Shown here: piece by piece, positions 42,604 to 51,818 of the stretch
Layout: the number at the start of each line of letters is the position of its first letter
How positions within the stretch are numbered: the first letter of the stretch is position 1
From: Oscillospiraceae bacterium
GTDB lineage: Bacteria > Bacillota > Clostridia > Oscillospirales > Oscillospiraceae
NCBI GenBank assembly: GCA_017412765.1
Contig: JAFPWN010000015.1
Coordinates: 286 to 64,285, forward strand
Reading direction: 5' to 3'
DNA length: 64,000 nucleotides
Made by a program: the position numbers and the translations under genes
Notes under the pieces: model-generated
The model's input: only the letters and a program-made list of their open reading frames with translations
Database searches by the model: none
Told to the model about the DNA's origin: nothing

Positions 42604-42914
42604 GCTGCCCGAAGCGGGAAATATCGCTTACAGAGCGCGAGATGATACTTCTGGACGCGTTTCGCACAGAGCCGTTTCTGCCGCTCGTTCGGCGCATAAA
42701 CCTCGATACGCCATATCTTATTCTCGCGGGCGAGGATTATTCCGATGAGATCATGTGGCTTCAGCTCAAGGGGCTTGTCAATATCGAGCTGTCCGCACCC
42801 GTCAATGGCGGCGACTACTCCGCTTATCCCGAATCTGCCGTGCGCGGCTCGGCGTCCTTGACTCTCCGCGGTCAGGAGGCGCTCGATTCGCTCGACATTA
42901 TGGGGGCGCAGTGA
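42600..42914 (+). CDS. Hypothetical 104-aa protein, translationally coupled to both mnmA and tcdA
   Basis: ATGA overlap with the mnmA stop, and its TGA shares a base with the tcdA ATG (TGATG). No motif recognised. Confidence 0.6.
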   Translation: MSCPKREISLTEREMILLDAFRTEPFLPLVRRINLDTPYLILAGEDYSDEIMWLQLKGLVNIELSAPVNGGDYSAYPESAVRGSASLTLRGQEALDSLDIMGAQ

Positions 42915-43645
42915 TGGACGAGTTCTTTTCGCGTACCGCGCTGATGCTCGGCGAGGAGGCTGTAAAAAAGCTCCGCGCAAGCCGCGTTGCCGTTTTCGGC
43001 GTCGGCGGAGTCGGAGGCTACGCGGTCGAGGCGCTGTGCCGCGCCGGAATCGGCGCATTGGACATAGTTGATAACGATACGGTCGCGCCGTCGAATCTCA
43101 ACCGCCAGATAATAGCGACCCGCGACACTATCGGTCAGTACAAGGTAGACGCCGCCGAGGAGCGGATAAAATCCATAAACCCCGAATGCGCCGTTACGAA
43201 GCACCGCTGCTTCTTCCTCCCCGAGACTGTCGGTGAGTTCGATTTTTCCGCCTACGACTACGTCGTGGACGCGATCGATACCGTGACCGGCAAGCTCGAG
43301 CTGATACGCTGCGCGAAGGAGGCAGGCGTGCCGGTCATAAGCTCTATGGGCGCCGGAAACAAGCTCGATCCGACCACCTTCCGCGTTGCGGACATCGAAA
43401 AAACGCGCGTCTGCCCGCTTGCTCGGATCATGCGCAAGGAGCTGAAAAAGCGCGGCATTTCCGGCGTGAAATGCGTTTTTTCCGAGGAGATACCGATGGA
43501 TATTCCTCAGCCGGAGCGCGAGAGCGGCGAAGCCAAGCGCGTTACGCCGGGGTCGGTTTCCTTCGTTCCGAGCGTTGTCGGGCTGATTATCGCCGCCGAG
43601 GTAGTTAAAGACCTCACGGGCGTAAGAAACGAAAATTACGGATAA
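42914..43645 (+). CDS. tcdA: tRNA threonylcarbamoyladenosine dehydratase (ThiF/E1-like)
   Basis: Start moved to ATG 42914 (MDEFFSRTALMLGEEAVKKLRASRVAVFGVGGVGGYAVEALCRAGIG..DNDTVAPSNLNRQ). The longer track ORF from 42755 overlaps the previous gene. Confidence 0.85.
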   Translation: MDEFFSRTALMLGEEAVKKLRASRVAVFGVGGVGGYAVEALCRAGIGALDIVDNDTVAPSNLNRQIIATRDTIGQYKVDAAEERIKSINPECAVTKHRCFFLPETVGEFDFSAYDYVVDAIDTVTGKLELIRCAKEAGVPVISSMGAGNKLDPTTFRVADIEKTRVCPLARIMRKELKKRGISGVKCVFSEEIPMDIPQPERESGEAKRVTPGSVSFVPSVVGLIIAAEVVKDLTGVRNENYG

Positions 43646-43682
43646 AAATATCCCCTTGAGAGCTTATCTCAAGGGGATTGTT

Positions 43683-44411
43683 TCATTCAATATTGCTGTC
43701 CTCTACCTCGATGACCGGCTCTGTGCCGCTTATCTCGGTGTAGAAGAGCGCGTGAGCGATCGCCTTATACGGCGTTACCCACACAGCCGCCGGCGAGAAG
43801 ATCACGCAGATGAGATCCCACAGGATAAACGCGATATCGTGCAGGAAAAGCTGAACTCTTCTGCCCTTCATCATCAGCCTCGAGCGGCGCATACACTCGA
43901 TTGCGCTGAGCTCGGGGTTGTCAAACATTATGTAAACCGCCTGGCGGTATCCGTAGAAGAGGTACACGCCGGGAACGATGAAAAGCGATAATCCGACGCC
44001 GACGATCACAGCCTTCAGCAGCCAGATAGCGTAGATCCTGAGGAAAAATCGGGCTTTCGGAAGGATATCCCACGCTTTCGGAGTCTCCCCTCTCGCGCGT
44101 CTGAGCGCGTAACCCTCGTAGCCGAGCTCGACTACGATAGTGAGCAGATATACAACGGCGCCGATTATGCGCGAGGCGACCGGCATATCCGGGATCGTCA
44201 CCTTCTGAAATGCCTCGAAATCGTTGTTCAGCACCGCCGTTTCCATATCGCGGGCCATCTGATGCAGACCGGTGAGGCGCATATAAAGCTCCTCAAGCAG
44301 GAGCAGAACGCCGAAAAGTATGACCGAGCTTAAAAGCACGTTCATAAGATCTCTGAATATCAAAGCGCGGGAATGCGCCTTTATGTGCCGGACGTGTTCC
44401 ATTTTTCTCAC
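43683..44411 (-). CDS. DUF975-like integral membrane protein
   Basis: 242 aa with multiple TM helices and ..SRLMMKGRRVQLFLHDIAFILWDLI.., typical of the family as I remember it. Confidence 0.7.
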   Translation of the reverse strand: MRKMEHVRHIKAHSRALIFRDLMNVLLSSVILFGVLLLLEELYMRLTGLHQMARDMETAVLNNDFEAFQKVTIPDMPVASRIIGAVVYLLTIVVELGYEGYALRRARGETPKAWDILPKARFFLRIYAIWLLKAVIVGVGLSLFIVPGVYLFYGYRQAVYIMFDNPELSAIECMRRSRLMMKGRRVQLFLHDIAFILWDLICVIFSPAAVWVTPYKAIAHALFYTEISGTEPVIEVEDSNIE

Positions 44412-44667
44412 ACTCCCCTATTATATCAATGCGTCGACAAAGTCTCCGCATCGAACATATTTTGCACTCTCGGAGCGCAAAATATGACGCCTGCGGGCGG
44501 GTGATGCGACGTGAAGGGGCCTCTTGGCCGGCCCCTTCACAGAACCCCGCCTCCTATATCCAACGCTTTTTCTTTTTGTCTACAGTCTGATTATATCCGT
44601 TATTATACCAAATATCGTGCATAATTGGTAGAGATTTTTTAAAATTCTTATTCTTTCCGGCGATAAT

Positions 44668-44700
44668 TTGACATAATTTTCTAATGCAGCAGATTATGAT
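44668..44700 (+). promoter_or_regulatory. spoIIE promoter candidate with a 21-nt spacer
   Basis: TTGACA (44668-73)-N21-TATGAT (44695-700), about 32 nt upstream of the TTG start. TTTGACA is one mismatch from a reverse 0A box (TTCGACA). Confidence 0.5.
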
Positions 44701-44732
44701 TACCACATCACTCAACTGAAAGGGCGATCATA

Positions 44733-47018
44733 TTGCTGCAAAAGGTACTTACCGGCGCCATAGGGCGCATCAGACCCATCGAAAAGGCGCGAGCCGCCGA
44801 GCTAGCTCTGCGCTTTGCGCTCTCCGCGGCCACGGCGTCGCTGAGGCTTTTCGGCTCATTTTCACCATTCGGCGCGGCTTTTGCCGCCTCGGCAGACGTC
44901 GGAGCGAGCGGCGCCGTGAGTCTTTTCGGCGCGGCTGTCGGCTACGCTCTCGGCGGCGACGTGCCGATGATGGTGAAGTATCTTGCGATCCTCGCGCTTG
45001 TGCGGGTCGCGTTTATCGCGCTCAGATCCACCGAGGCGGCGGAGTCGAAATGGTTTCCTCTCGCCGTCACCTTCGTGTCCTTTGCGCTCGTCGGCTTTGT
45101 TTACGTCTTTGACGGAGGCTTCGGCGTTAAGGCGATGGCGCTCTATCTCACAGAGTGCTTTGTCGGCGCGGGCAGCGTTCTCTTTTACCGCACGGCGCTC
45201 TCAAGCTACTCCGAAGCCGGAGAGAGCCGCGTAAGTCACCTCGCCTGCCTCGGCTATCTCGCGGCGACGGCGCTTGCCGGAATAGCGGAGCCGATGCTGT
45301 TCGGGGTTCTCTCCGTCGGCCGCACGCTCGCGCTCGTCGCCGTTCTGCTCGCGGTGTTCAAGTCCGGCGTCGGGATGGGCTGCATCGCGGCGACTGTTCT
45401 CGGCGCGGCGATGGATCTTCAGGCCGGCACAACGGGAGTTTTTACGATGACCTACGCGCTTGCCGCCTCGCTCGGCGGCATCTTCCGAAAATCCGGGCGG
45501 CTCATCTTTCTTCTGAGCTTCGTCTGCGCCGACGCTATCGGAGTAGTCTGGAGCTTCGGCGCGACCCACTCAGCTCAGCCGCTCTTTGACGCTTTTGCGG
45601 CGAGCGTGATCTTCATGCTCGTTCCCGATCACGTACTCTCAAAAATCGGAGCGGTCTTCCCGCTCAGAGCCTCGAATTACGGCTTTTCGCGCGCCAGGGA
45701 CTACACCTCGCGCCGCATAGGACTATCCGCCGAGGCATTTTCGATCCTCGCGGACACGGCAGGCGCGGTCAGCGGAGGCGACTGCGCCGACGATCCCGCC
45801 GGAGTCTACGACCGCGCGACAGAGACGGTCTGCCGCGGGTGCAAGAGCGAGCTGCGGTGCTGGCAGCTCGACTACGCCGACACCTACGACATACTGAATC
45901 ACCTCACGCCGAAGCTCACCGGCGAGGGTCGGATCGTGCCCGGAGATTTTCCGGACAGGCTCACCGAGCGCTGCGGCAGGATCGCCTGGCTCGCAAGCGA
46001 GATAAACTCCGAGGAGCGCGCCCTGCGCCTGCGGCGCCGCTTCCGCGCAGGACTTGAGGAAAACCGCGTATCTGCGGCGGGGCGCTACGGCGACGTTGCA
46101 GAGGTCATGCGCACTCTCGGTCGGGAGCTGTCCGGCGGCATCAGGGTCGAACCGGCGCTCGAGCGCAGGGTCGTCCGTGCTCTGTCAGCTATGAGCGTAG
46201 ACGGGGCGGCGGCTGTTTTCCGGCTCGATCGCGGCAGGCTGCGCATCGAGATCAAGAGCGAGAGCATAGCTAAGCTCCGCAGGCAGGAGGACTGGCTCGA
46301 GGCGATAAGCAGAAGCGTGGATTGCCGCCTGCGCGAGGCGGAAAGTTACGACCCGACGCGGCTCGTCCTCATCTCCGCCGAACCGCTGAGGGTCAGCATG
46401 GGCGCGGCTGTGCAGGCAAAGCGAGGCTCGCGCGTATCCGGCGACAGCTTTTCGGGCTTTGAAACGGACTCCGGCGCGTTCTGCCTCATTATTTCCGACG
46501 GAATGGGCACCGGCGAGGCTGCGGCGAAGCTCAGCAGCGCGGTCGTCGGCAGCATGAAGCGCTTTACCTGCGCCGGAATAGCGCCGGAGCTGAGTCTGAG
46601 GCTTCTTGAGCACGCGATGTTTCTGCGCTCGGAGGCCGGGGTCGAGACCTCGACCGTAGATTATCTTTCGCTCGACACCTTTTCCGGCTCCGCGACTCTC
46701 ACAAAACGCGGCGCTCCGGCTTCCTATCTGAAGCGCGGCGAGATAGTAAAAAAGCTCGGCTCCAGCCTCTTCCCCACCGGCATAAGCGCGGGAGAAAAGT
46801 CAAACAGCGCGAGCTTTTCAATTACCTCCGGCGATGAGATCGTCATGATAACGGACGGCGTTACGCAGGGTTCCGGCGAGGATTGGCTTATCGAGAGCGT
46901 CCGCGCCCACTCCGGCACTCCGCAGCAGCTTGCCGACAGGATCCTCGCCTCGGCTAAGCGGAAAACGGAGTTTGACGACGATATGACCGTCATCGTGATA
47001 AAGCTCGAGGCGCAGTGA
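44733..47018 (+). CDS. spoIIE: Stage II sporulation protein E (PP2C phosphatase with polytopic membrane domain)
   Basis: 761 aa with a TTG start, about 10 N-terminal TM helices, and a C-terminal PP2C domain (..FCLIISDGMGTGEAAAKLSS.., ..MITDGVTQGSGEDW.., DDDMTVIVIKL). Confidence 0.9.
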   Translation: MLQKVLTGAIGRIRPIEKARAAELALRFALSAATASLRLFGSFSPFGAAFAASADVGASGAVSLFGAAVGYALGGDVPMMVKYLAILALVRVAFIALRSTEAAESKWFPLAVTFVSFALVGFVYVFDGGFGVKAMALYLTECFVGAGSVLFYRTALSSYSEAGESRVSHLACLGYLAATALAGIAEPMLFGVLSVGRTLALVAVLLAVFKSGVGMGCIAATVLGAAMDLQAGTTGVFTMTYALAASLGGIFRKSGRLIFLLSFVCADAIGVVWSFGATHSAQPLFDAFAASVIFMLVPDHVLSKIGAVFPLRASNYGFSRARDYTSRRIGLSAEAFSILADTAGAVSGGDCADDPAGVYDRATETVCRGCKSELRCWQLDYADTYDILNHLTPKLTGEGRIVPGDFPDRLTERCGRIAWLASEINSEERALRLRRRFRAGLEENRVSAAGRYGDVAEVMRTLGRELSGGIRVEPALERRVVRALSAMSVDGAAAVFRLDRGRLRIEIKSESIAKLRRQEDWLEAISRSVDCRLREAESYDPTRLVLISAEPLRVSMGAAVQAKRGSRVSGDSFSGFETDSGAFCLIISDGMGTGEAAAKLSSAVVGSMKRFTCAGIAPELSLRLLEHAMFLRSEAGVETSTVDYLSLDTFSGSATLTKRGAPASYLKRGEIVKKLGSSLFPTGISAGEKSNSASFSITSGDEIVMITDGVTQGSGEDWLIESVRAHSGTPQQLADRILASAKRKTEFDDDMTVIVIKLEAQ

Positions 47019-47783
47019 TCATCTCTTTTTGTACAGAACAAGCTCCGGATTCTCGCCGTTTTTTTCATAGGTGCAGACAAGGATAAAATCCATATTTGCA
47101 AGCACTCCGAAGCATCTTTCCCCGCCAAGCTCCGATTCAAGCTGATTTCCGAGGTAGGTCGCGCGGTCATTGAGGAATTTCACTCTCTGACCGCCCGGAA
47201 GCCGGTATTCGAGGTTAACGTAGCTTCCGGCAAGAGCGTTGAGCCTTTCAACTCGCGGCAGGCCGGGTATTCCCAGCTCGTTTATCTCGTCGATAAGCTT
47301 GCGCTTGAACTTCTCAAACTCACCATTGTCCGAAAGCTCCTCGTATCGCTTCCAGTAGTCGAGCTTCGGGAGGTTTTCTCTGAGGATCGCCCGCGCCTCG
47401 CCGTCTGAAAAGCCGTTTGCGGTCATGTTGGCAGCGCAGACGTCGATAAGCTCGTCCATATCGCTGTAAACGTACGTTCCGTCAGCGTAGCACCACTGGC
47501 AGTAGTCCTCGTTCAGCGCTCCGTCGCTGTCCTTGCCGAGTATCGAATCTTCAAGCGGCATACCGCAGCATTGGCAGATAAGCTGCCGAGGCGAGCCGAG
47601 AAGCGTGTTGATGGAAACGTCGAACAGCCTTGAGAGCAGCTTCAGCGTTTCCGTGTTCGGAACCGTCTCTCCGGTCTCCCAGCGCGACACCGCCTGCCGC
47701 GATACAAAGACCTTTTCCGCAAGCTCAGCCTGCGACAGTCCCGATTTAGTTCTCAGCCCGTAGATCACGTCCTTCGTATTCAT
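47019..47783 (-). CDS. XRE-family HTH protein with an internal zinc-ribbon-like Cys cluster
   Basis: Start moved to ATG 47783 (MNTKDVIYGLRTKSGLSQAELAEKVFVSRQAVSRWETGETVP..), preceded by AAGGGGG. Has CQCCGMPL...YCQWCY. Its stop abuts the spoIIE stop with no spacer. Confidence 0.8.
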   Translation of the reverse strand: MNTKDVIYGLRTKSGLSQAELAEKVFVSRQAVSRWETGETVPNTETLKLLSRLFDVSINTLLGSPRQLICQCCGMPLEDSILGKDSDGALNEDYCQWCYADGTYVYSDMDELIDVCAANMTANGFSDGEARAILRENLPKLDYWKRYEELSDNGEFEKFKRKLIDEINELGIPGLPRVERLNALAGSYVNLEYRLPGGQRVKFLNDRATYLGNQLESELGGERCFGVLANMDFILVCTYEKNGENPELVLYKKR

Positions 47784-47933
47784 ACGCAAGCCCCCTTTTT
47801 TCACATTATAAATTGTGCTCAGAGCAAAAGCAAGCAACGCGAAGTTGCGCGAAATTATCAGTTGTATTTTTTACCGAAAAATGCTATACTGTATTTGTGA
47901 GAATTTGGGACTTTCGTCAGAAAGGATACATAT

Positions 47934-49040
47934 ATGAAAAAGATAATGCTTGTCTTCGGCACGCGTCCCGAGGCGATAAAGATGTGCCCGCTTGTCAAGG
48001 AGCTTAAGAGCCGCAGTCAGGTTGAAACCGTCGTCTGCGTGACCGGTCAGCACCGCGAGATGCTTCAGCAGGTGCTTGACGCCTTTGAAGTCATACCCGA
48101 TTACGACCTCGCCGTTATGCACCAAGGGCAGACGCTCTTTGAGGTCACCGAGCGCGTTATGGACGGTCTGCGTCCCGTACTTGAGAAGGAGAAGCCCGAC
48201 GTCGTTCTCGTCCACGGCGACACGACGACGACCTTTGCCGCCGCTCTCACCTGCTTTTACATGAACGTACCCGTCGGTCACGTTGAGGCGGGTCTGCGTA
48301 CTTACGATATTTCCGCGCCCTACCCCGAGGAGTTCAACCGCGAGGCAGTCGGCATACTCGCAAAGTACAACTTTGCCCCAACCGTCAACGCCCGCGCGAA
48401 TCTTATAAAAGAGGGCAAGGATCCCGACACGATCTGGGTCACCGGCAACACCGCGATCGACGCGCTCGGCACCACCGTAGTCGGTGATTTCAGCCATCCC
48501 GATCTCGACTGGGCGGAGGGCTCGAGGCTCGTTATCCTTACTGCTCACCGCCGCGAGAACTGGGGCGAGCCGCTCTATTCGATTTTCCGCGGCATCAGGC
48601 GCGTAGTCGAGGAATTTCCCGACGTCAAGGTGCTCTATCCCGTACACCTCAACCCGCTCGTCCGCAAGGCCGCAGAGGATACTCTCTCCGGGTGCGACCG
48701 CATCCGCATAACCGAGCCTATCGACGTTATGGCGTTTCACAACTTCCTCGCGCGAAGCTATATGATACTCACCGACTCTGGCGGTATCCAGGAGGAGGCG
48801 CCGTCGCTCGGCAAGCCGGTGCTCGTTCTGCGCGAGGTCACGGAGCGCCCGGAGGGCGTGGCCGCCGGCACGCTGAGAATAGTCGGCACCGACGAGGAGA
48901 ACATCTACCGCTCCTTCAAAGCCCTTCTCACCGACGAGGCACTTTACGACGCTATGAGCAACGCCGAAAATCCCTATGGCGACGGCTTCGCCTCGAAGCG
49001 CATCGCGGATATTCTGATAAAAGGCAAAACGAATATTTAA
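47934..49040 (+). CDS. wecB: UDP-N-acetylglucosamine 2-epimerase (non-hydrolysing)
   Basis: 368 aa: MKKIMLVFGTRPEAIKMCPL.., ..VLVHGDTTTTFA.., HVEAGLRT.., DSGGIQEEAPSLGKPVLVLR. Confidence 0.9.
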   Translation: MKKIMLVFGTRPEAIKMCPLVKELKSRSQVETVVCVTGQHREMLQQVLDAFEVIPDYDLAVMHQGQTLFEVTERVMDGLRPVLEKEKPDVVLVHGDTTTTFAAALTCFYMNVPVGHVEAGLRTYDISAPYPEEFNREAVGILAKYNFAPTVNARANLIKEGKDPDTIWVTGNTAIDALGTTVVGDFSHPDLDWAEGSRLVILTAHRRENWGEPLYSIFRGIRRVVEEFPDVKVLYPVHLNPLVRKAAEDTLSGCDRIRITEPIDVMAFHNFLARSYMILTDSGGIQEEAPSLGKPVLVLREVTERPEGVAAGTLRIVGTDEENIYRSFKALLTDEALYDAMSNAENPYGDGFASKRIADILIKGKTNI

Positions 49041-49055
49041 AATATATAATCTTAT

Positions 49056-49085
49056 GGGCGCGGATAATCCGCGCCCCTGTTTTAT
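49056..49085 (+). terminator. Rho-independent terminator after the epimerase gene
   Basis: GGGCGCGGA-taa-TCCGCGCCC followed by CTGTTTTAT. Confidence 0.7.
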
Positions 49086-49244
49086 ACTAATCCTTGATAT
49101 AAAACTGACTTGTAATTCTGAGCAGAAATTGTGCCAGACAAGGCAGAAAAGCAGAGCATAATGGATATATATGCTCAAGGGGGCTAACGCAGTATGGCGC
49201 AATTTCTGCCAGAAGGACTGTCAGGTTTCTATTAAGGTTTAGTA

Positions 49245-49631
49245 TTATTTCATTACCTCACCGTAAGCAAGCACGGCGTTGCGCACGCACTCGTCGCAGG
49301 GGCAGATGATTTTTCCGCTGCCGGCGCCCTTCAGCTCCCTGCAGAGCAGCGCTCCGCACCTGGCGCGAAAGCTCTCCGTCAGCGCGCGGGTGTAACGCAC
49401 GGTTCCCTGCCCTCCGACCTTCAGACCCGCGGCCATGCCCGCACCGATGAGCGCGCCGCAGGTGTTTTCCATAGTTCCCATGCCGACGCAGAAGCCGGAG
49501 GCGGCAGCCTTCGCCTGCTCCTCAGTAAGACCCGTCTCTTCAATAAGCGCCATGACCACCGCCTGACAGCAGTTATATCTGCCGGCGCGCTTCCACTCAG
49601 CCGCCAGCGAAGCGCGTTCTTCAATATTCAT
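49245..49631 (-). CDS. C_GCAxxG_C_C-family redox-like protein
   Basis: Start moved to ATG 49631 (MNIEERASLAAEWKRAGRYNCCQAV..), preceded by GGAGGG. The motifs NCCQAV, TCGALIGAG and ..CPCDEC match the family pattern. Confidence 0.8.
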   Translation of the reverse strand: MNIEERASLAAEWKRAGRYNCCQAVVMALIEETGLTEEQAKAAASGFCVGMGTMENTCGALIGAGMAAGLKVGGQGTVRYTRALTESFRARCGALLCRELKGAGSGKIICPCDECVRNAVLAYGEVMK

Positions 49632-49748
49632 CTGTATATATACCCTCCGAAGTTTTTTCTCCAGTATACTAAAAAAGTCTTGACAACTCAAGTATCTTTT
49701 ATTATAATAATTAAGCTTTCTGAATAGAAATCAGTTCAACCAACGAAT

Positions 49749-49840
49749 GGAGAAGTCGCGTAGTTGGTCGAGCGCGCACGATTGGAAATCGTGTAACGGT
49801 CAAAAGCCGTTCGAGAGTTCGAATCTCTCCTTCTCCGCCA
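49749..49840 (+). tRNA. tRNA-Ser (anticodon GGA)
   Basis: GGAGAAGTCGCGTAGTTGGTCGAGCGCGCACGATTGGAAATCGTGTAACGGTCAAAAGCCGTTCGAGAGTTCGAATCTCTCCTTCTCCGCCA, with a long variable arm, anticodon loop TTGGAAA and an encoded CCA. Confidence 0.92.
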
Positions 49841-49845
49841 GAAAA

Positions 49846-49885
49846 GAACACCAAAATGTCTACCTGATATTTTGGTGTTCTTTTT
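49846..49885 (+). terminator. Rho-independent terminator after tRNA-Ser
   Basis: GAACACCAAAAT-gtctacctgat-ATTTTGGTGTTC followed by TTTTT. Confidence 0.8.
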
Positions 49886-49916
49886 GCTTTTTTACGTGTT
49901 TCAGGGGGTGAGATAG

Positions 49917-50003
49917 GTGGTCGAGCAGATCATAGTACGGAAAGACAGCATGGAGATCGAGTTCAAATGCGGAGCCAGCATAACAAAAGAATACGTAAGA
50001 TAA
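49917..50003 (+). pseudogene. 28-codon 3' remnant resembling the C-terminal end of a large serine recombinase
   Basis: VVEQIIVRKDSMEIEFKCGASITKEYVR*, preceded by an in-frame TAG. The '..I.V..d..ieI.Fk.g..i' ending is recalled from Clostridial recombinases. Weak because it is short. Confidence 0.35.
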
Positions 50004-50139
50004 GGCAAAGCCTCGTAAATCGTTGGTACACAGCGGTTTGCGGGGCTTTTTTGCGTGCTAAAGGATTGAAAAATTCACATTTTTATGCTATACTAATCAG
50101 AGAAAAGGGAATCGACAAACTGGGATTTGAGGAGTTAAA

Positions 50140-50889
50140 ATGGCTAAGTTTAATCTTTATGTGCCATCAAAGGGTGATTACTATGATGGATTTAGAGGGG
50201 AACTCAATTCATTTAACGCTTTTTTAGAAAATTATATATGCTCGATTTATTCTTTCAGAGGAGAAGAAATTAACCTTTCTGGCAAGATACATTATTCGAA
50301 TATATGGTGCGATAAAAAAGCAAAAGGTATTTTCGCACGAAAACCTAAACAGCATGAGCAGATAGTACAAAGGCTTGAACAAATCCCCATCTTCGAAGCG
50401 CAACTTCCAGATGGCGTTTCGCTTAACACTGAGCTGGAGACAATAACGCCTATAGAAACACCACATCAAAGAATGATGAATGTTCACATTCATGTTTCAA
50501 AGGATTATTCTTCAAAAATCTATAACATAAGAAAAAAGTACGAGTCCAACAAAGAAATAATGTATAGAATAATGGACGGTCTACTTAATCTAGGAAATAA
50601 CAATTCATTTACCAAGGGCTTATTTACAATAGATGTGAACACGAGCTACATTAGTATGACATCCCCTGGATATATAAAAACACGGGACGTGTTAAGGTTT
50701 ATAGATATTGGTATGCAGGACTTACAACCTGATTTACTCGATATATTAGCCTTTGCTGATGTCTTTTTGGAATGCACCAGAGAAAGATATAATAATTCGG
50801 TAGATTTCAAAAGTGAGATTATAACTATAAGTTGGGGGGGACCCCCAACAATCGCAGTTGACAATCGTCCAGAGCCGAAGCCGTGGTAA
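50140..50889 (+). CDS. Orphan AT-rich hypothetical protein (249 aa)
   Basis: MAKFNLYVPSKGDYYDGFRGELNSF... No signal peptide, TM or recognisable motif. Composition is clearly AT-richer than the rest of the window. It has its own terminator. Confidence 0.65.
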   Translation: MAKFNLYVPSKGDYYDGFRGELNSFNAFLENYICSIYSFRGEEINLSGKIHYSNIWCDKKAKGIFARKPKQHEQIVQRLEQIPIFEAQLPDGVSLNTELETITPIETPHQRMMNVHIHVSKDYSSKIYNIRKKYESNKEIMYRIMDGLLNLGNNNSFTKGLFTIDVNTSYISMTSPGYIKTRDVLRFIDIGMQDLQPDLLDILAFADVFLECTRERYNNSVDFKSEIITISWGGPPTIAVDNRPEPKPW

Positions 50890-51004
50890 TAAAATGACCA
50901 TTAGTCAACACGGCTATACAAATCCCGGTTTATCGGGCTGAAAACCGTGTATCATTTTGGCGCTTTTAGTTGGGTTTACGTATCATTATGGTGGTCTTTT
51001 TCAG

Positions 51005-51039
51005 AAAATACAGATACCCATTCGGGTATCTGTATTTTT
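51005..51039 (+). terminator. Rho-independent terminator of the orphan gene
   Basis: AAATACAGATACCC-attc-GGGTATCTGTATTT followed by TTTT. Confidence 0.8.
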
Positions 51040-51194
51040 TATTCTGAGAGATTCTAATTCATTATCGATATATGCCGGCGGCATATTGCTTTGACAAGTG
51101 CGCACACCGGTCAATTCCTCTATCCGGCAGCGCCGGTTACCCCAACACTAAGTCAACTTTTTTAACTTCTCGTCCTGTATCGCCGTTTTCCCGC

Positions 51195-51223
51195 TTGAAT
51201 GCGCGGTGATTCTTTTGTATAAT
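51195..51223 (+). promoter_or_regulatory. Sigma-A promoter
   Basis: TTGAAT-N17-TATAAT, 24 nt upstream of ATG 51247. Confidence 0.7.
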
Positions 51224-51246
51224 CTTCTAAAACGGAGGTGACAATC

Positions 51247-51729
51247 ATGGATTATGCCGACCTAAGGCGGTATATCGACGCTAATTATATCGACCCAGAC
51301 CCTTTTGTCGGTGCTAATGCCCGCTTCAGCGCACCGGCTGTATGCTATTCCAAGGCTCGCCGCGAGGCGTTTCCTATAAATCTCGAGCTCGACGAGAGCT
51401 TTACCGAAATGCTCCTGCGAAAAATCGACGAAAAGGGCATGACCGACGCAGAGTGCTACAAAAAGGCGAACGTTGACCGCAAGCTCTTCTCAAAAATCCG
51501 CTCCGACAGCCAATACCGTCCGAGAAAAACAACAGCCATCGCCTTTGCCGTCGCGCTCGAGCTCGATCTGCGTGAAACGGAGGAGCTGCTGCGCAAGGCC
51601 GGCTTTGCCCTCAGCCATTCGAGCAAGTTTGACCTTATCATCGAATACTTCATTAAAAACGAAAACTACAACATTTTCGAGATCAACGAGGCGCTCTATG
51701 CCTTCGATCAGAGTCTGCTGGGAGCGTAA
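51247..51729 (+). CDS. Small HTH-like regulatory protein (family common in Clostridia, function unknown)
   Basis: Start moved to ATG 51247, 7 nt after GGAGGTG. ..[72 protein letters not shown].. Confidence 0.7.
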   Translation: MDYADLRRYIDANYIDPDPFVGANARFSAPAVCYSKARREAFPINLELDESFTEMLLRKIDEKGMTDAECYKKANVDRKLFSKIRSDSQYRPRKTTAIAFAVALELDLRETEELLRKAGFALSHSSKFDLIIEYFIKNENYNIFEINEALYAFDQSLLGA

Positions 51730-51818
51730 CGTCTTTTTTCTTGTGCATTTGTAAATCTACTTTACAAATGCACAATCCGCTGTTATAATTTAATAAAGCT
51801 TCCGAGAGGGGTGAACGG

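Noticed and set aside
47871-49202. 443-aa minus-strand ORF
   Set aside because: Shadow of the UDP-GlcNAc 2-epimerase gene, which has unmistakable motifs on the plus strand. It also runs through a terminator and intergenic DNA.
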